Below are positions 51,876 to 64,000 of a stretch of DNA of 64,000 bases, piece by piece. Where the stretch lies: assembly GCF_001447785.1 (NCBI RefSeq), contig NW_015175977.1:481258-545257 (forward strand). Direction: 5' to 3'. The position numbers were made by a program, and so were the translations under genes. Source of the stretch: Gekko japonicus (Eukaryota). Below the pieces are notes generated by a model. That model made no database searches. It was not told the DNA's origin and was given only the letters and a program-made list of their open reading frames with translations. How positions within the stretch are numbered: the first letter of the stretch is position 1; each line of letters opens with the position of its first letter.

Positions 51876-51982
51876 GTGTACCTTAAAGAACTCTTGATCT
51901 AGAAATACCTGAAGATAGGACTTGGAAAATCCTAGATACTCAGATATCAATACTTTCCCCCCTGTGTTTTTTTGCTCTGCAG

Positions 51983-52010
51983 AAAAAGAGAAAAACCAGA
52001 GGCACAAAAG
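51983..52010 (+). CDS. CCDC170: Candidate CCDC170 28-bp micro-exon (RKREKPEAQK)
   Basis: tgttttttttgctctgcag-type acceptor and AAG|gttagt donor; phase 2 to 0 restores the frame between 51019 and 63281. Confidence 0.6.
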
Positions 52011-52324
52011 GTTAGTATTGCTATTTGGTAAGTTTCTTTGTCTTACAGCAAAAACATTTCCAAATAATGGTGTGGCTGTCATTCTGAGAAGACTATATTG
52101 GGCATAGCGGGTTTACCACCAAGTGACTCAAGCAGTTGTTTAGGGTGCCAAATTGGCATGGGGTGCCACTTGGGAGATGGTGATGAGCATGGGGCATACT
52201 TGATGTTACCTCCCAGACTGGTCCAAATCAACTTGCCTTGGAGCAACTCAGGAGGGGATGCATACTCCCCCCCTCCCCACATGCCACACTTACCTGGATC
52301 CAAGGTGTTGAAGGGACCTTATGA

Positions 52325-52535
52325 TGCATACATAAACAAATGGAACTGCCTTATACTGAGTCAAACCGTTGATATATCAAGGTCAGTACTGTCTAGTCTG
52401 GCTGACTGCAAATCTCCAGGGTCTGGCGTAAAGGGCTTTCATGTCACCTCCTACCTATTTATTTATTTTTTAAATACTGGAGATGCCAAGGATTAAGTCT
52501 GGGACTTTCTACATACAAAGGAGATACACTGAACT
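52325..52535 (-). mobile_element. tRNA-derived SINE with CR1-type tail (Squam2-like)
   Basis: CTGCCTTATACTGAGTCA...ACTGGAGATGCCAAGGATTAAGTCTGGGAC pattern. Confidence 0.5.
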
Positions 52536-52902
52536 GTCAGTGAGGATAGCAAGAGATGAGGCGTGCTGTCCCTCCCCAGATATCTCACTCCTACTGAGCT
52601 CCAACATGATGCAAGCCTGCCCTGCATTCCGTTGGAGCCGATGGGCGTGCAGCATGGGAGGGAATTCTTTACCACTGCATTATGACCATTCTTTATTTGT
52701 AAGGCAAACGTTAACATATAAAGACAAATCTGGTGCAAATGCCACGATCTGCTTACCCCTTTTCTTGTGTTTATTACCTGCATATGACATTAAACAGCTG
52801 TCTCTTGATGGCTGGTTTTGTAATACAGAATTATTGAAGCATGAAGGTCACTCTATAGCAGGGTGGCTAATGTTTCCTTTGATAACCCATCCTGTTCAAT
52901 AG

Positions 52903-52926
52903 GTACCGGAACTCCCTGTTAAGCTG
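52903..52926 (+). CDS. CCDC170: Possible 24-bp symmetric CCDC170 micro-exon (VPELPVKL); alternative in-frame donor at 52977
   Basis: aatag acceptor, CTG|gtgagg donor, phase 0 to 0; not required for frame. Confidence 0.35.
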
Positions 52927-53410
52927 GTGAGGGTTTGCCTCCACAAGTGCCGTTTACTAACCCTGTGTACGATGAAGGTAGTTTTGCCTCTAGTCATGTA
53001 TGACTAGCTTTGATATAAAAGAAATATAGTCTGGGTAATTTTCTTGTCAGAGAGTTTTCTAGAGTTATGACTGCCCTTTGAAATGTGTTCAACTCTCTTC
53101 ATAAATCTGAGCTGTGCAACTTCTGAGCTTTCAAAGGCATGAAGGGCGTCTGAGCACGTCTCCTCCTTTGCACACATTTCCGCTTCTCACAGTGCCAGAC
53201 CGTAATAGAAAATAAATCACTGAGCAATCTCCCGCTCTCTTTTTTATTCTGTAGGATGTCCTTTGCTTTATCGTTTGAAAAGCTTTTCCCCCTCTTTCTT
53301 TTAAAAATTATGATTTGATGGACCCAATAAAACAATACGGGGATATATGGAATTAGATTGAAGGGGCAGGGAGGAATAACATGTCTATAAATGACACTCA
53401 GGCAGTGCTG

Positions 53411-56400
53411 AACATCTTGGTATGAGATGCCAAGAGAGCCAAACTGTAAGTAAATCCATGGAGATGTGGTTAGAGTACCCTCACCCGTTAACCCCCCCCC
53501 CCCCCGGATAATTAAAATGCCAAGAGAGCCAAACTGTAAGTAAATCCATGGAGATGTGGTTAGATTACCCTCACCCGTTAACCCCCCCCCCCTGGTATAT
53601 ATGGATAATACCCAGGATATGTTGTGAACTGTCTTGGTGTGCACATGGGTTTCAACCATTAATGGCAAAGAGAAAATATTCAGAATTCACATTTAGGATA
53701 TAAATTGATTATACAAGGCCAGCATGGTGGTTTTTCCAGCATGGAGAAGGATGGGGGACTGATAGGCTCCATGCTGTGGAATTCTACCATAGATTTTGTG
53801 GTCATTGAACAGTGGATTGGGAGACAAATTCAGGTTTTGTCTCTTGGTGTTTTGGAGTCCTATGTAACATTTGTCCCACTAAGCTGAATGTAGCTCACCT
53901 TCCACTCATCGCAGCTTAGCAGAATTCCTTTGAATTCCCATTTTTTGCTGCCTTCCCATGACTGCAAAACTTGGGCTTGTCATGCGTACACGGCAGCTAG
54001 GATTCATTAGCCTCTGTGGGCCACAGTTTTTACAGACACAGATAATTGTTTAATTTGCCTGGGACAAACTTTAGTTGCCTTCGCTCAACTGCAGCTACTG
54101 TTTCATATGGAAATGCAGCAGAAGAAACCTCTATGAAGATAATTTACATAGATAAATGAATTGCTGCCTAATTGTCCATTAATTATCACAGTATTGATTA
54201 GAAGCCTTTTACCATCTATGCATTTATTAGCTGCCTCTTAGATAGTCTCTCTCATACATCTTTTGTGTGTCTGTGTGCGTGCATGTCTGGAAGTCATGGT
54301 TGACTTCTAGCAACCCCTAGTGGGATTTGGACGTTCAGAGAGGGGGCTTGCTATTGCCTGCCCCTGCATCCCAGCCCTGGCCTCCCAATACTTGCCAGGG
54401 TCGGCCCTGCTTAGCTTCCGAGATCTGATAAGATTGGTCAGGGAGTCTCTCTCATGAATCTTTATGAGTGTATCACTGTTGATATATCCTCTGATCACAG
54501 TAATATTAATTTTTGCCTGACTTGGGAGAGCAGGGCAAATGGTATGTCCGAAATCAGGATGGGTGTCTGAGCTGCTTCATATTTTGAAAATGGAAATGGC
54601 TAAAAAATGGGTGAAGATGTGCACTTTTGTAGGAAGTCCAGCTCCTGAAAAGGGTCTGGAAGCTTCATGAGATGTTTCTCAGTTCCCCTTTTTCTATTAG
54701 AAAGATATTAGTTGTTTTTTAAACTACCTCTCTAAATGTATTTTAAAAGAATAGAGTAGGAAGATATGTCAGAGGTAGCGCTCATGTTTAACAGTGATAG
54801 TTATTATAGATTCAGAAGTGCTGGTTCCCTTAACCGGTAAGTTCTCTAAGGGCTAGTTACAGGCAGAAGAAATAGGGTGGAATTTCAAGGGCCTTATGGC
54901 CTTAGCACTCCACTGGCCTTTGATGGAACAGGATGATCTGCAGGAAGAACAAAAGAGAAACCCTAATGTTCATATGAAAGGACTTTGTTGTTAGGAGGAT
55001 CACATAGTTTATTTTATAATTTATTTTTTGCCCTCATGTTCTCCCAGAAACCAAGTATAAGGCATGATATGTCCAGGACCTTACTTGTCACAAAGGCAGT
55101 TTGTTGAATAGTGTATCCATTAGATGACCAGGTGTTCAGAATAATGTAGCATCAAAAATAATCCTTACTTAGACAATATTCCCCCCCTTTGGGCAGTTCA
55201 GTATTAATTACTTTGGCAGCTTAGTTGTATGCAAGAATACAAGCTGATGGTTCACAGTTATTATTGTAAGGTCAATAGAATAAATAGGCACCCATAAAAG
55301 ATCGAGGTCATTATACACATGTAACCTAATTGCGAACAGAACTCACTTTCACTGTTTTATAGGTGCAAATAAAATGAATATGCTTTGCTTATTACAGATG
55401 AAAATTAGTGATTGCGAACAGAACTCACTTTCACTGTTTTATAGGTGCAAATAAAATGAATATGCTTTGCTTATTACAGATGAAAATTAGTGATGAGTAA
55501 ACTCATTAGCTTGATTTGGCACTGAGCTTATCAAACCAGTTCCCAAATAACTAGAAAATGTAGTTTCTAGGGTTCCAAATGTCTATACATGTTGTTTTCA
55601 GGATGCCAGATATCTGTAGGCTTAAGCCCGTCAAACCCCCTGGTATTTGGGGCATAGCAGTTCAGCATCCCATGGGCCAGGGAGAGAGGGGCACCAGCTC
55701 ATATCATGATCCCAGCCAAAGAATAACGTCTGGGGCAATTACACTTGGTTTGGTATATATGGCATAGTATTAAAAACTGGACAAACTCATATTCAGAACA
55801 AGATAATAGCAGGTTGTGGGGCAGCAATAATAATAGTTTAATATCACATCAATGAATTATTACCCCTTCTCTCGTAATGCTTCTTTACTTTTAACTGCCA
55901 CGCAACAGGCAGAAATTCAACAAATAAAGCTTTCTCCAGCACTACATGTGCATACTGGGAAAAATTATTAATATTTGTCAAGCATAAAAAAAAAACATCT
56001 TGGTATGAGATGCCAAGAGAGCCAAACTGTAAGTAAATCCATGGAGATGTGGTTAGATTACCCTCTCCCTTTAACCCTCCCCCCCCCCCTGGTATATATG
56101 GATAATACCCAGGATATGTTGTGAACTGTCTTGGTGTGCACATGGGTTTCAACCATTAATGGCAAAGAGAAAATATTCAGAATTCACATTTATGATATAA
56201 ATTGATTATACAAGGCCAGCATGGTGGTTTTTCCAGCATGGAGAAGGATGGGGGACTGATAGGCTCCATGCTGTGGAATTCTACCATAGATTTTGTGGTC
56301 ATTGAACAGTGGATTGGGAGACAAATTCAGGTTTTGTCTCTTGGTGTTTTGGAGTCCTATGTAACATTTGTCCCACTAAGCTGAATGTAGCTCACCTTCC

Positions 56401-57387
56401 ACTCATCGCAGCTTAGCAGAATTCCTTTGAATTCCCATTTTTTGCTGCCTTCCCATGACTGCAAAACTTGGGCTTGTCATGCGTACACGGCAGCTAGGAT
56501 TCATTAGCCTCTGTGGGCCACAGTTTTTACAGACACAGATAATTGTTTAATTTGCCTGGGACAAACTTTAGTTGCCTTCGCTCAACTGCAGCTGCTGTTT
56601 CATATGGAAATGCAGCAGAAGAAACCTCTATGAGGATAATTTACATAGATAAATGAATTGCTGCCTAATTGTCCATTAATTATCACAGTATTGATTAGAA
56701 GCCTTTTACCATCTATGCATTTATTAGTTGCCTCTTAGTCTCTCTCATGCATCTTTTGTGTGTCTGTGTGCGTGCATGTCTGGAAGTCATGGTTGACTTC
56801 TAGCAACCCCTAGTGGGATTTGGACGTTCAGAGAGGGGGCTTGCTATTGCCTGCCCCTGCATCCCAGCCCTGGCCTCCCAATACTTGCCAGGGTCGGCCC
56901 TGCTTAGCTTCCGAGATCTGATAAGATTGGTCAGTTCCCAAATAACTAGAAAATGTAGTTTCTAGGGTTCCAAATGTCTATACATGTTGTTTTCAGGATG
57001 CCAGATATCTGTAGGCTTAAGCCCGTCAAACCCCCTGGTATTTGGGGCATAGCAGTTCAGCATCCCATGGGCCAGGGAGAGAGGGGCACCAGCTCATATC
57101 ATGATCCCAGCCAAAGAATAACGTCTGGGGCAATTACACTTGGTTTGGTATATATGGCATAGTATTACAAACTGGACAAACTCATATTCAGAACAAGATA
57201 ATAGCAGGTTGTGGGGCAGCAATAATAATAGTTTAATATCACATCAATGAATTATTACCCCTTCTCTCGTAATGCTTCTTTACTTTTAACTGCCACGCAA
57301 CAGGCAGAAATTCAACAAATAAAGCTTTCTCCAGCACTACATGTGCATACTGGGAAAAATTATTAATATTTGTCAAGCATAAAAAAA
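53411..57387. repeat. Near-identical tandem duplication A-X-B / A-B (offset 2583 bp; X = 54442-55539 missing from the second copy)
   Basis: 53411-54441 matches 55994-56934 and 55540-55993 matches 56935-57387; identical ORF translations in both copies. Confidence 0.92.
54280..54441 (-). mobile_element. 5S-derived SINE fragment (duplicated at ~56775-56934)
   Basis: CGGCCCTGCTTAGCTTCCGAGATCTGA is the reverse complement of the 5S box A region. Confidence 0.7.
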
Positions 57388-60300
57388 GCAGGTGCTATTC
57401 TGTTGCTTATTGTGCAGAGCCCTATTGAGAGAACAATGGAAACCTACCCACCCCACCCCCTGCCATCCTAATGCAGTTGGTACATGGAACCCTTTACAAA
57501 GTACACTTCAAATAATGCATAATGTTTGAAGAAGGAAAAAATAAGGAAAGAGGGGAAATAGTGCACAAAATGCACAGCAAAAGTGGATTACTAAAAAGAT
57601 CTGGAAAATAGAAATGTTTGTATATGCTTTTTCAAGGCAGAAACTGACATGACTGGAGGGAGTGTTCCCACCGTTCCCAGAGTCATGTGTCACTTCATGG
57701 AATAGCCTTCCATTGCTCATCTGCTAAAAGTGGGTCTGTCCATGATAAAGCAAAATTGGACTGCCACTGCAAACGGCATACCTGTTTTGAGCTGCCCCCC
57801 CCCAAGCATAGTACAACTTACCTAATTTCTGACATTGTTACACTGGACAGGTGGAGGACTCATGCGGGGAATCCCATCCATCTGCTGGATGGCAGTGCTT
57901 CCCCCTGCCCCCTGCCCTTCCCACACATAAAGTGCCACCACCTGTCTGACTCATGTAATGGCGGTAAGGCAGGCAGTTGTAGTGGGAGCAGGGGCAGTTC
58001 TGGCTAGGCTGCACCACCTGCCTCCCTTAAAATGGCAGTCAAGGTTTCACAATACAGTGTTGCTGATTCTCAGTGTCTCTCCCAACCACGATAAATTTTT
58101 GAATTTGTGAATTTTTCTGAAAACCTCCCTGGGTCTGTAGACAAATACCCCATTCTCTGGGGATTTTGATCTACCAGGGGCTAGGTTCAAAATTAGACGT
58201 ATGGTTTCCCTCATCACTGTTCTGCTTGATAGGCTGCCAAGGATAGGGAAATGCTCAGTGTAAGGATATCATGGCGTAAAAAGTGCTACATGTTGTGGAG
58301 ACAGAGGTGAGAATTTGACAGAGTACATACAGTGGTTTTTTGGCAGGAGCCCAGTGTTCCTTATAACATGGTGTTCTAAGGCATGATTATGAATTTACCA
58401 AGCAGCAGGTGGTGCTTCAGCACAAGTAACCACCAGAATGTGGTTCCAAGAGCATGTTTCTAATACCATCCTAAACTGCTTATGGCTTTCAAAGCAAGGG
58501 CCCTAAGAGAAACAAAGTGAAGGGAAGAAGATTTAACACCACAGTTGTAGTTTAGAGACATTTTGGAACACTAGAACACCAATTTAAATGAGTTGTGAAC
58601 GGAGCTTTATGCTTGGTTTACTAAACAAAATTAAGTCTGATAAGCAAGAGTAATGGAAATACTACGGCTCCACAGTCAAGTAGATACGCTCCACGCTTAC
58701 TTTGAGGCAGTTTGCATGAACAGGTAACATGTTTAGGCAATGGTCTCTGTTCTTTGGTACTGTAAAAGCATGAAGTCTTGAGGGAGGGGGGAAAACATGG
58801 CAAAAAAACAAGTTGGTTGAGTTATATTCCTTAAGGAATATTTGGCTCTTGAAGAAGGCAGATATAAAATGTAACTCTACCTGGAGGCATCATAAATGTG
58901 TGTGTCTGGTTTTGGTTTTTTGATTAGAAAAAAAGTAATTTAGGTTAAGATTTCTAGACATTTAGCAGCTGTGGATTTTTCTTGCAGCATGGTTTTCCAA
59001 GAGATGTCCCTTAAATTGATCTGGCCGCTTAAGGCAGGTCACAGAATGGTGGTATTATTATCAGCATGATATATTGCATTGTGAGATCATGACAGCATTC
59101 TGCAGCCTGTCTTCTGGTGGAATCATGGGTGGAGTTAGCACATGTTCCTATGTTTCCTTAATAGTACAGGTGCTGTAGCTTCCCAGGCCTTTCCAATAAT
59201 GTTGTGGGTAAAGTCAGCATGTGGCTTCACACACTGTAATTCCCCCTTCCAACATTAAAAACCAAAGTTCATGTTATGCTTATCATGTGAAAACAACCTA
59301 GACCTGCCACTAAGCAGTGGGGAAATTAGCCTCATGTGACCTGACCTGCCACTAAGCAGTGGGGAAATTAGCTGTGACATGACTTGAATCCATCAATTGG
59401 TCAGTGGAAGGCACTGATGGTGAAAGATTTTTCCTGTATTTGCCTCCTTCCCAATAGTCTCTCTCCTAGGGGAAGTTTATTCCTACCGTTGTGCAGCCAT
59501 GTGGATGGATAGCCACAAGAGTGGGGATGCTACAATGCCTTTTCTGTCAGCACAGTTCTGCTGTCAGAAGTGGGAGTAATGGGTGATTTCATCCCCTTCT
59601 CCCTCCCCACTGCAGTCTTCCAGACCTCACAGGTTATTCGTCCATGTGGGTCTCACAGCCATTAGTATAAGCTGTCCAGGGTTGGAAAGGAATGGTGGAT
59701 GGAGAGCAATGTGGGAAAGATTGCAATCCAGAGGCACTGCCTTACTTGCGGGTAGCCCCCACAGTGTGGCACCCCACTTCTAAACTGAACCAGAAACCCA
59801 CAAAGTCAGGCTAAAGAGGACACTCTTGACTTGTGCCACAGTGCTAGCCAAAGCTCTGCAAAAAGGGTTTCAATTTCAGGTTGTACAAGGCAGCCCTCAA
59901 AGCAATTTCCTACCTCCCCCCTCTACCTGACCAAGGTATGCATATAAAATAAGTGCGATTTCCTCCAGGTAAAGTATCTGTATCCCCATAGCTATTCAGT
60001 AGCCACCTCGCAAATAGCTCCTCTGTCTTCAAACCTTCACTTATCCCCCTTTTGTGATACCTACACCTATGTGGAAATCTTTTGTCTCAACACCTGTCCT
60101 TCCTGCCACCTCCAGCAGGATACCGAGATAAACTAATCAAACATTAATCTCATCAGCGATCCTTCCCTGATGCTGATCAGAGACCCATTCCCCACCTTTT
60201 TGCCTAAGCCTGGGAACCTACTCAACCTACCCTGGCAGGATCATCAGTGGGTCATCAAACCCATTCAGCCAGCTCTGGTAGGACCATCAATGGACATTAA

Positions 60301-61140
60301 TCCCATCAAGTTCTGGTCTGGGTGACCGCCCCCAGAATTCCTATAAAAATACAGAGCATGCCCCACCTCGGTGTGCACTCTGAGGATGCCTATTTTGAGT
60401 ACACTCCCCAAATCTCTTCTTTGGGCCTCCTTCTCCCTAGAGTGGAACACTGGCCATTTGTGCTATCTTCTTCACAGATTTCTGCACATCTGGACAGGTA
60501 ATATAACCCCCCCATAATTGACCCTAAAACATTGCTATCATCACCTCTTTATTTCTTAGTTCAGAATTGCATCCACTTTCTTGACTACTTAGTGTGACTG
60601 TAGTCAGGGAAATTCTTCAATGAAAACTGTTTGATTACTCTTTAAATCCAGTCTTCCTACTGAACTGGACCTTGGTATAGATAGGTGTGCCTGGTACCCC
60701 TCTGGCCTCCTCTGTCTCATAGCTAATTTCCCCCAACAACAAGGCAGGCCACTGGTGGTGACAAGATCTGTGATCCTTCCATCTGTGGATTGCTGGATCC
60801 AAGAACAGAAGGAGAAAGCTGGCAGCAACTCCTCCTTCTCTCTCAGTGTGACTTCAAACCCCTACAGCTCTCTGTGTCTTGCTGGAAGGGCTCCTCAAGA
60901 GTTCTGCAGCAGACCGTGTGATAAGCGTAATATGAAGTATAATTCTAATGCCTTTCAACAGCAATACCTTGTTCTCTATTTTTGAAAAAAACAACCCTTC
61001 AATTTTATTGATTTTACAACTTTGAAAATATGTAAGATATAAGAGTATGAAACAGGATCTGACCCCAGGTCCCCAAAGCGTACTTATAATGTAAGCAAGC
61101 AAAGGCCAGTCTTATAGGCACTGTGCAATTTGTGCATAAC

Positions 61141-61527
61141 CAGGGCTATTTTTGGGCAGGAACGCACAGGAACGGAGTTCCGGCTGGCTCCTGAGTTGGC
61201 CACGCCCAGCAGGAACCTAATTAGCATAATAGGCCACGCCCAACAACAGAAACGCATTAGGACTGGCTACGTTAGGGTGTATGTGGCCTAACATGCAAAG
61301 GAGGTCCTGCTACAAAAAAAGGCCCTGGGTTTGGACAACAAACAAGGTAAACAGAATAAGAAGCAAAAGGTGGGTGTGTCTGGATGACCACACTTCTGCA
61401 AACATGGGGTGTGTGGCCTAATATGCTAATGAGCTGTGCTGTCAGGGGTCTAATGAATGTCTGCTGTTGGGTGTGACCTATTATGCTAATGAGTTCCTGC
61501 CGGGCTTTTTCTACAAAAAAAGCCCTG
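61141..61527. mobile_element. hAT MITE
   Basis: TIR CAGGGCTATTTTTG / CAAAAAAAGCCCTG with perfect 8-bp TSD TGCATAAC; an extra internal terminus-like sequence ends at 61327. Confidence 0.88.
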
Positions 61528-62412
61528 TGCATAACAGTATTTTAGGGGGTCACTGTCAGCTTGGTGGATATTTTTACTTTAGCTTCCATGCTACATTACA
61601 AAAATGGGGCCAGTGCACATATGACTATCCCAATTGCTTATTTACTGTGATGTACAAATAATTCACTTCAAGAGCAAGCCCTGAGCTTGGGTCTGATCTT
61701 TTTGTGTAATTATTTGAACAACACATGAAGAGCAATCCTAGCCTTCCCTAATGTTGCAATTATAGCTGTACTGTTTATGCCTCCTTAGTAGGGTTAAATA
61801 CATTTCTGTTCCAAAAACGTGTGAGACTTAATCTTATTTAAACTAAATACTGCAACAGTTGCCCAGACGTCCTGTTAGAAGCTTATTTGGAAGACACAGC
61901 TTTGATTATCCTCCCTTTCCTACTTACATAACTCCATCTTTATTTCAGATAATTGGGATTTGAGGGGCAAGTGCAGCCAGTTGTTCTCAGGGCACAGAAG
62001 CAATACATGGGATTTTGATGCACTAAAACTCAGTAAGATACAAACAACCACGAAGTACCTGCCCTGATATTCATTTCAGCTACTTATAAAATAATGACCA
62101 TCAGGGCAGGACTAGGCATGGCTTACCTACACATTATTCCAGTTGCCTTTTGGTTATGGCTATTGGTCACATGCTGCAGGCTTGAAACACACTAGTAATG
62201 TGATTTCAGCTGACTTCAGCATTGTAGGACCTCACTTGTGTGTGTGTTTAATTGCACCTGTACAAATACCTGTGCCACGGCTATGTAATTCCATAGGATT
62301 TGGAGGATAGAAGTGAATTGTGTTTCTGTCTCAAAGCAGTTTTATAATTATATGTGTAATTCTGACAGCAGTCCTGTGCACGCTTAACTGGAAATGTAAG
62401 CTATTGAATTTG

Positions 62413-63017
62413 ACCTAATGGGTTTAGCGGACAATGATAATCAAAAGTCCAAATTGAAGGAATGGGTATTTCATAAGGACAGCCTTTTGAACCTTCATGT
62501 GGCGGCAAGTTGCCAAATGGCCCCTCTGTTTAAGATCTTTTAAAGAGATCACTGTAGGACTGGCTATTTAGAGAAACTAACCAATCTTGACCTAAGAAGG
62601 GCATTTACAGCCCTCAGATTCCATGCCATTCCTTCAATGGTCTGTGTTGGTCGTTTTATGGGTTTACCTGTTGCCTTAAGAATCTGTCAATGTGGTTTGG
62701 GCGAAGTGGATGATATTGAGCACTATTTACTGAGATGCTCATAGCACGAATCACTTCGGCAGAGATTTATATACCCTATTTTACCTTTGCACAATGGATT
62801 CTCAAAACAGGAGTTGGTTGTTTTTTTGCTCTCTGATATGGACGTATATGTTACCAGCAGAATGTCCCTGTTTGCTTTGGCAGCAAAAAAGATAAGATTA
62901 AGGTTAGGATTCAGCGCAAGTTAGTGAAGGGATAACTTAATGTGATGTATAAGGATTGTGTTTGTATTTATGCTTTGTTATGGCCAATGGCTAATACAAT
63001 AAACTTGATGATGATGA
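62413..63017 (+). mobile_element. 5'-truncated non-LTR retrotransposon (RTE-X-like) with 24-bp TSD
   Basis: RRAFTALRFHAIPS...RICQCGLGEVDDIEHYLLRC (CCHC knuckle); AATAAA then (TGA)n tail; TSD TGGAAATGTAAGCTATTGAATTTG at 62389-62412 and 63018-63041. Clade assignment tentative. Confidence 0.8.
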
Positions 63018-63280
63018 TGGAAATGTAAGCTATTGAATTTGCTGGCTGGTTTTTGAATAAAATTGCATAGGTTTGAGCCATCAGTTGCTTTGCTCCAGTT
63101 TTATAAAGGAGAACACACTGTCTCCTGGATCTTGTTTGTTAGCATGCTTAATGGAAAAACAAATGCAACTTCTGGAACATGGTTCTTTTTGTAAAACTAA
63201 GTGAAGCAATAAGTCTGAACTAGAATGAGTTCTGATTACCATTGACTGCAACTGTATTTCTTTTCCTTTTCTTTTATCAG

Positions 63281-63412
63281 GGAGCTCCTAATTATTCTAT
63301 CTTGGATATGCCTGTTACCCGAGAACAACTGTCTCACTATCGGAATGCCGCAGAAACAGCCCGTAGTGAGCTTGCAGCACTCCTGGTGAAGTATGAATTT
63401 GCTCAGGCGGAA
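63281..63412 (+). CDS. CCDC170: CCDC170 conserved coding exon (GAPNYSILDMPVTREQLSHYRNAAETARSELAALLVKYEFAQAE)
   Basis: Matches human EVPVTREQLNHYRNVAQNARSELAATLVKFECAQSE; strong polypyrimidine acceptor, GAA|gtaagt donor; 132 bp, phase 0 to 0. The gene continues beyond the window. Confidence 0.93.
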
Positions 63413-63688
63413 GTAAGTTTTGAAACAAATGACTAGCAGATGTGCCTTTTTGGATGAACGTTCTTTGTAAACGTAGCAGAACATCTAGAAGGCTACACTT
63501 ACCAGATGCCACATGCCATTGTGTGTTCTATTAACAACTCATGTCTTCCATTGATACATGTGTTGTGATTTTCGCTACTGTATCCCAAACTGTGTGCCTC
63601 CTCTACAGCTTTCAAAATATCCATCAGTCCAATATTCTTCCTCCTTTGTTTAGCCATTTATGCCCCCCTGAACACAGATAAGCTATAG

Positions 63689-63910
63689 TACATAAACCCC
63701 ATTGAAATAAATGAAATAGAAGCAGCAGTACCGTGTGTAGAACTGCAGTCTTTTCCTTCTTTTGTATATCTGACGTCTAAAGTCCTTAACTTTTAAATCA
63801 TACATAAACCCCATTGAAATAAATGAAATATAAGCAGCAGTACTGTGTCTAGAACTGCAGTCTTTTTCTTCTTTTGTATATCTGACATCTAAAGTCCTTA
63901 ACTTTTAAAT
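63689..63910. repeat. Two-copy 112-bp tandem duplication, slightly diverged
   Basis: TACATAAACCCCATTGAAAT... at 63689 and 63801 with several substitutions. Confidence 0.85.
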
Positions 63911-64000
63911 CGTCCGTTACGCTTGACTTATTCAGCCCCATGGTTCATGCCACTTCTTACAAGTCTTGAGGCGCCTGTTTCCCTCCTCTTCCCAATGGCT

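Noticed and set aside
53099-53668. 189-aa minus-strand ORF with an internal repeat
   Set aside because: The repeat comes from the 90-bp local duplication; no recognisable domain or splice support.
59882-60740. Possible solo LTR (TATA-like CCTATAAAA near 60341)
   Set aside because: No convincing matched TG...CA termini, TSD or AATAAA.

Overview
Vertebrate genomic DNA, not prokaryotic. The SINE, LINE and Penelope content points to a squamate reptile, probably a gecko (inference). There are three assembly gaps. The window holds the RMND1 / ARMT1 / CCDC170 block that lies next to ESR1 in human 6q25.1. RMND1 (- strand) contributes its first two coding exons and sits head-to-head with a complete 5-exon ARMT1 (+ strand, 441 aa) across a CpG-island promoter. 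The 5' part of CCDC170 (+ strand) follows, with a second CpG island carrying two RFX X-boxes and several short candidate exons that give a longer N-terminus than human. The rest is transposon-rich: a Gmr1-type (integrase-before-RT) LTR retrotransposon, a decayed PNMA-gag Gypsy element with nested insertions, two copies of a non-autonomous Helitron-like family, hAT and Harbinger MITEs, CR1/L2/RTE-X-like LINE ends, 5S- and tRNA-derived SINEs, and Penelope remnants with minimal hammerhead ribozyme motifs. A ~2.6-kb tandem duplication lies in a CCDC170 intron. Gene identities come from recalled human protein sequences and splice-phase arithmetic; no searches were run. I found no clearly new biological system. 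The best leads are the CCDC170 micro-exon, X-box and uORF architecture, the Helitron-like pair, the intact hammerhead motif and the Gmr1-type element.
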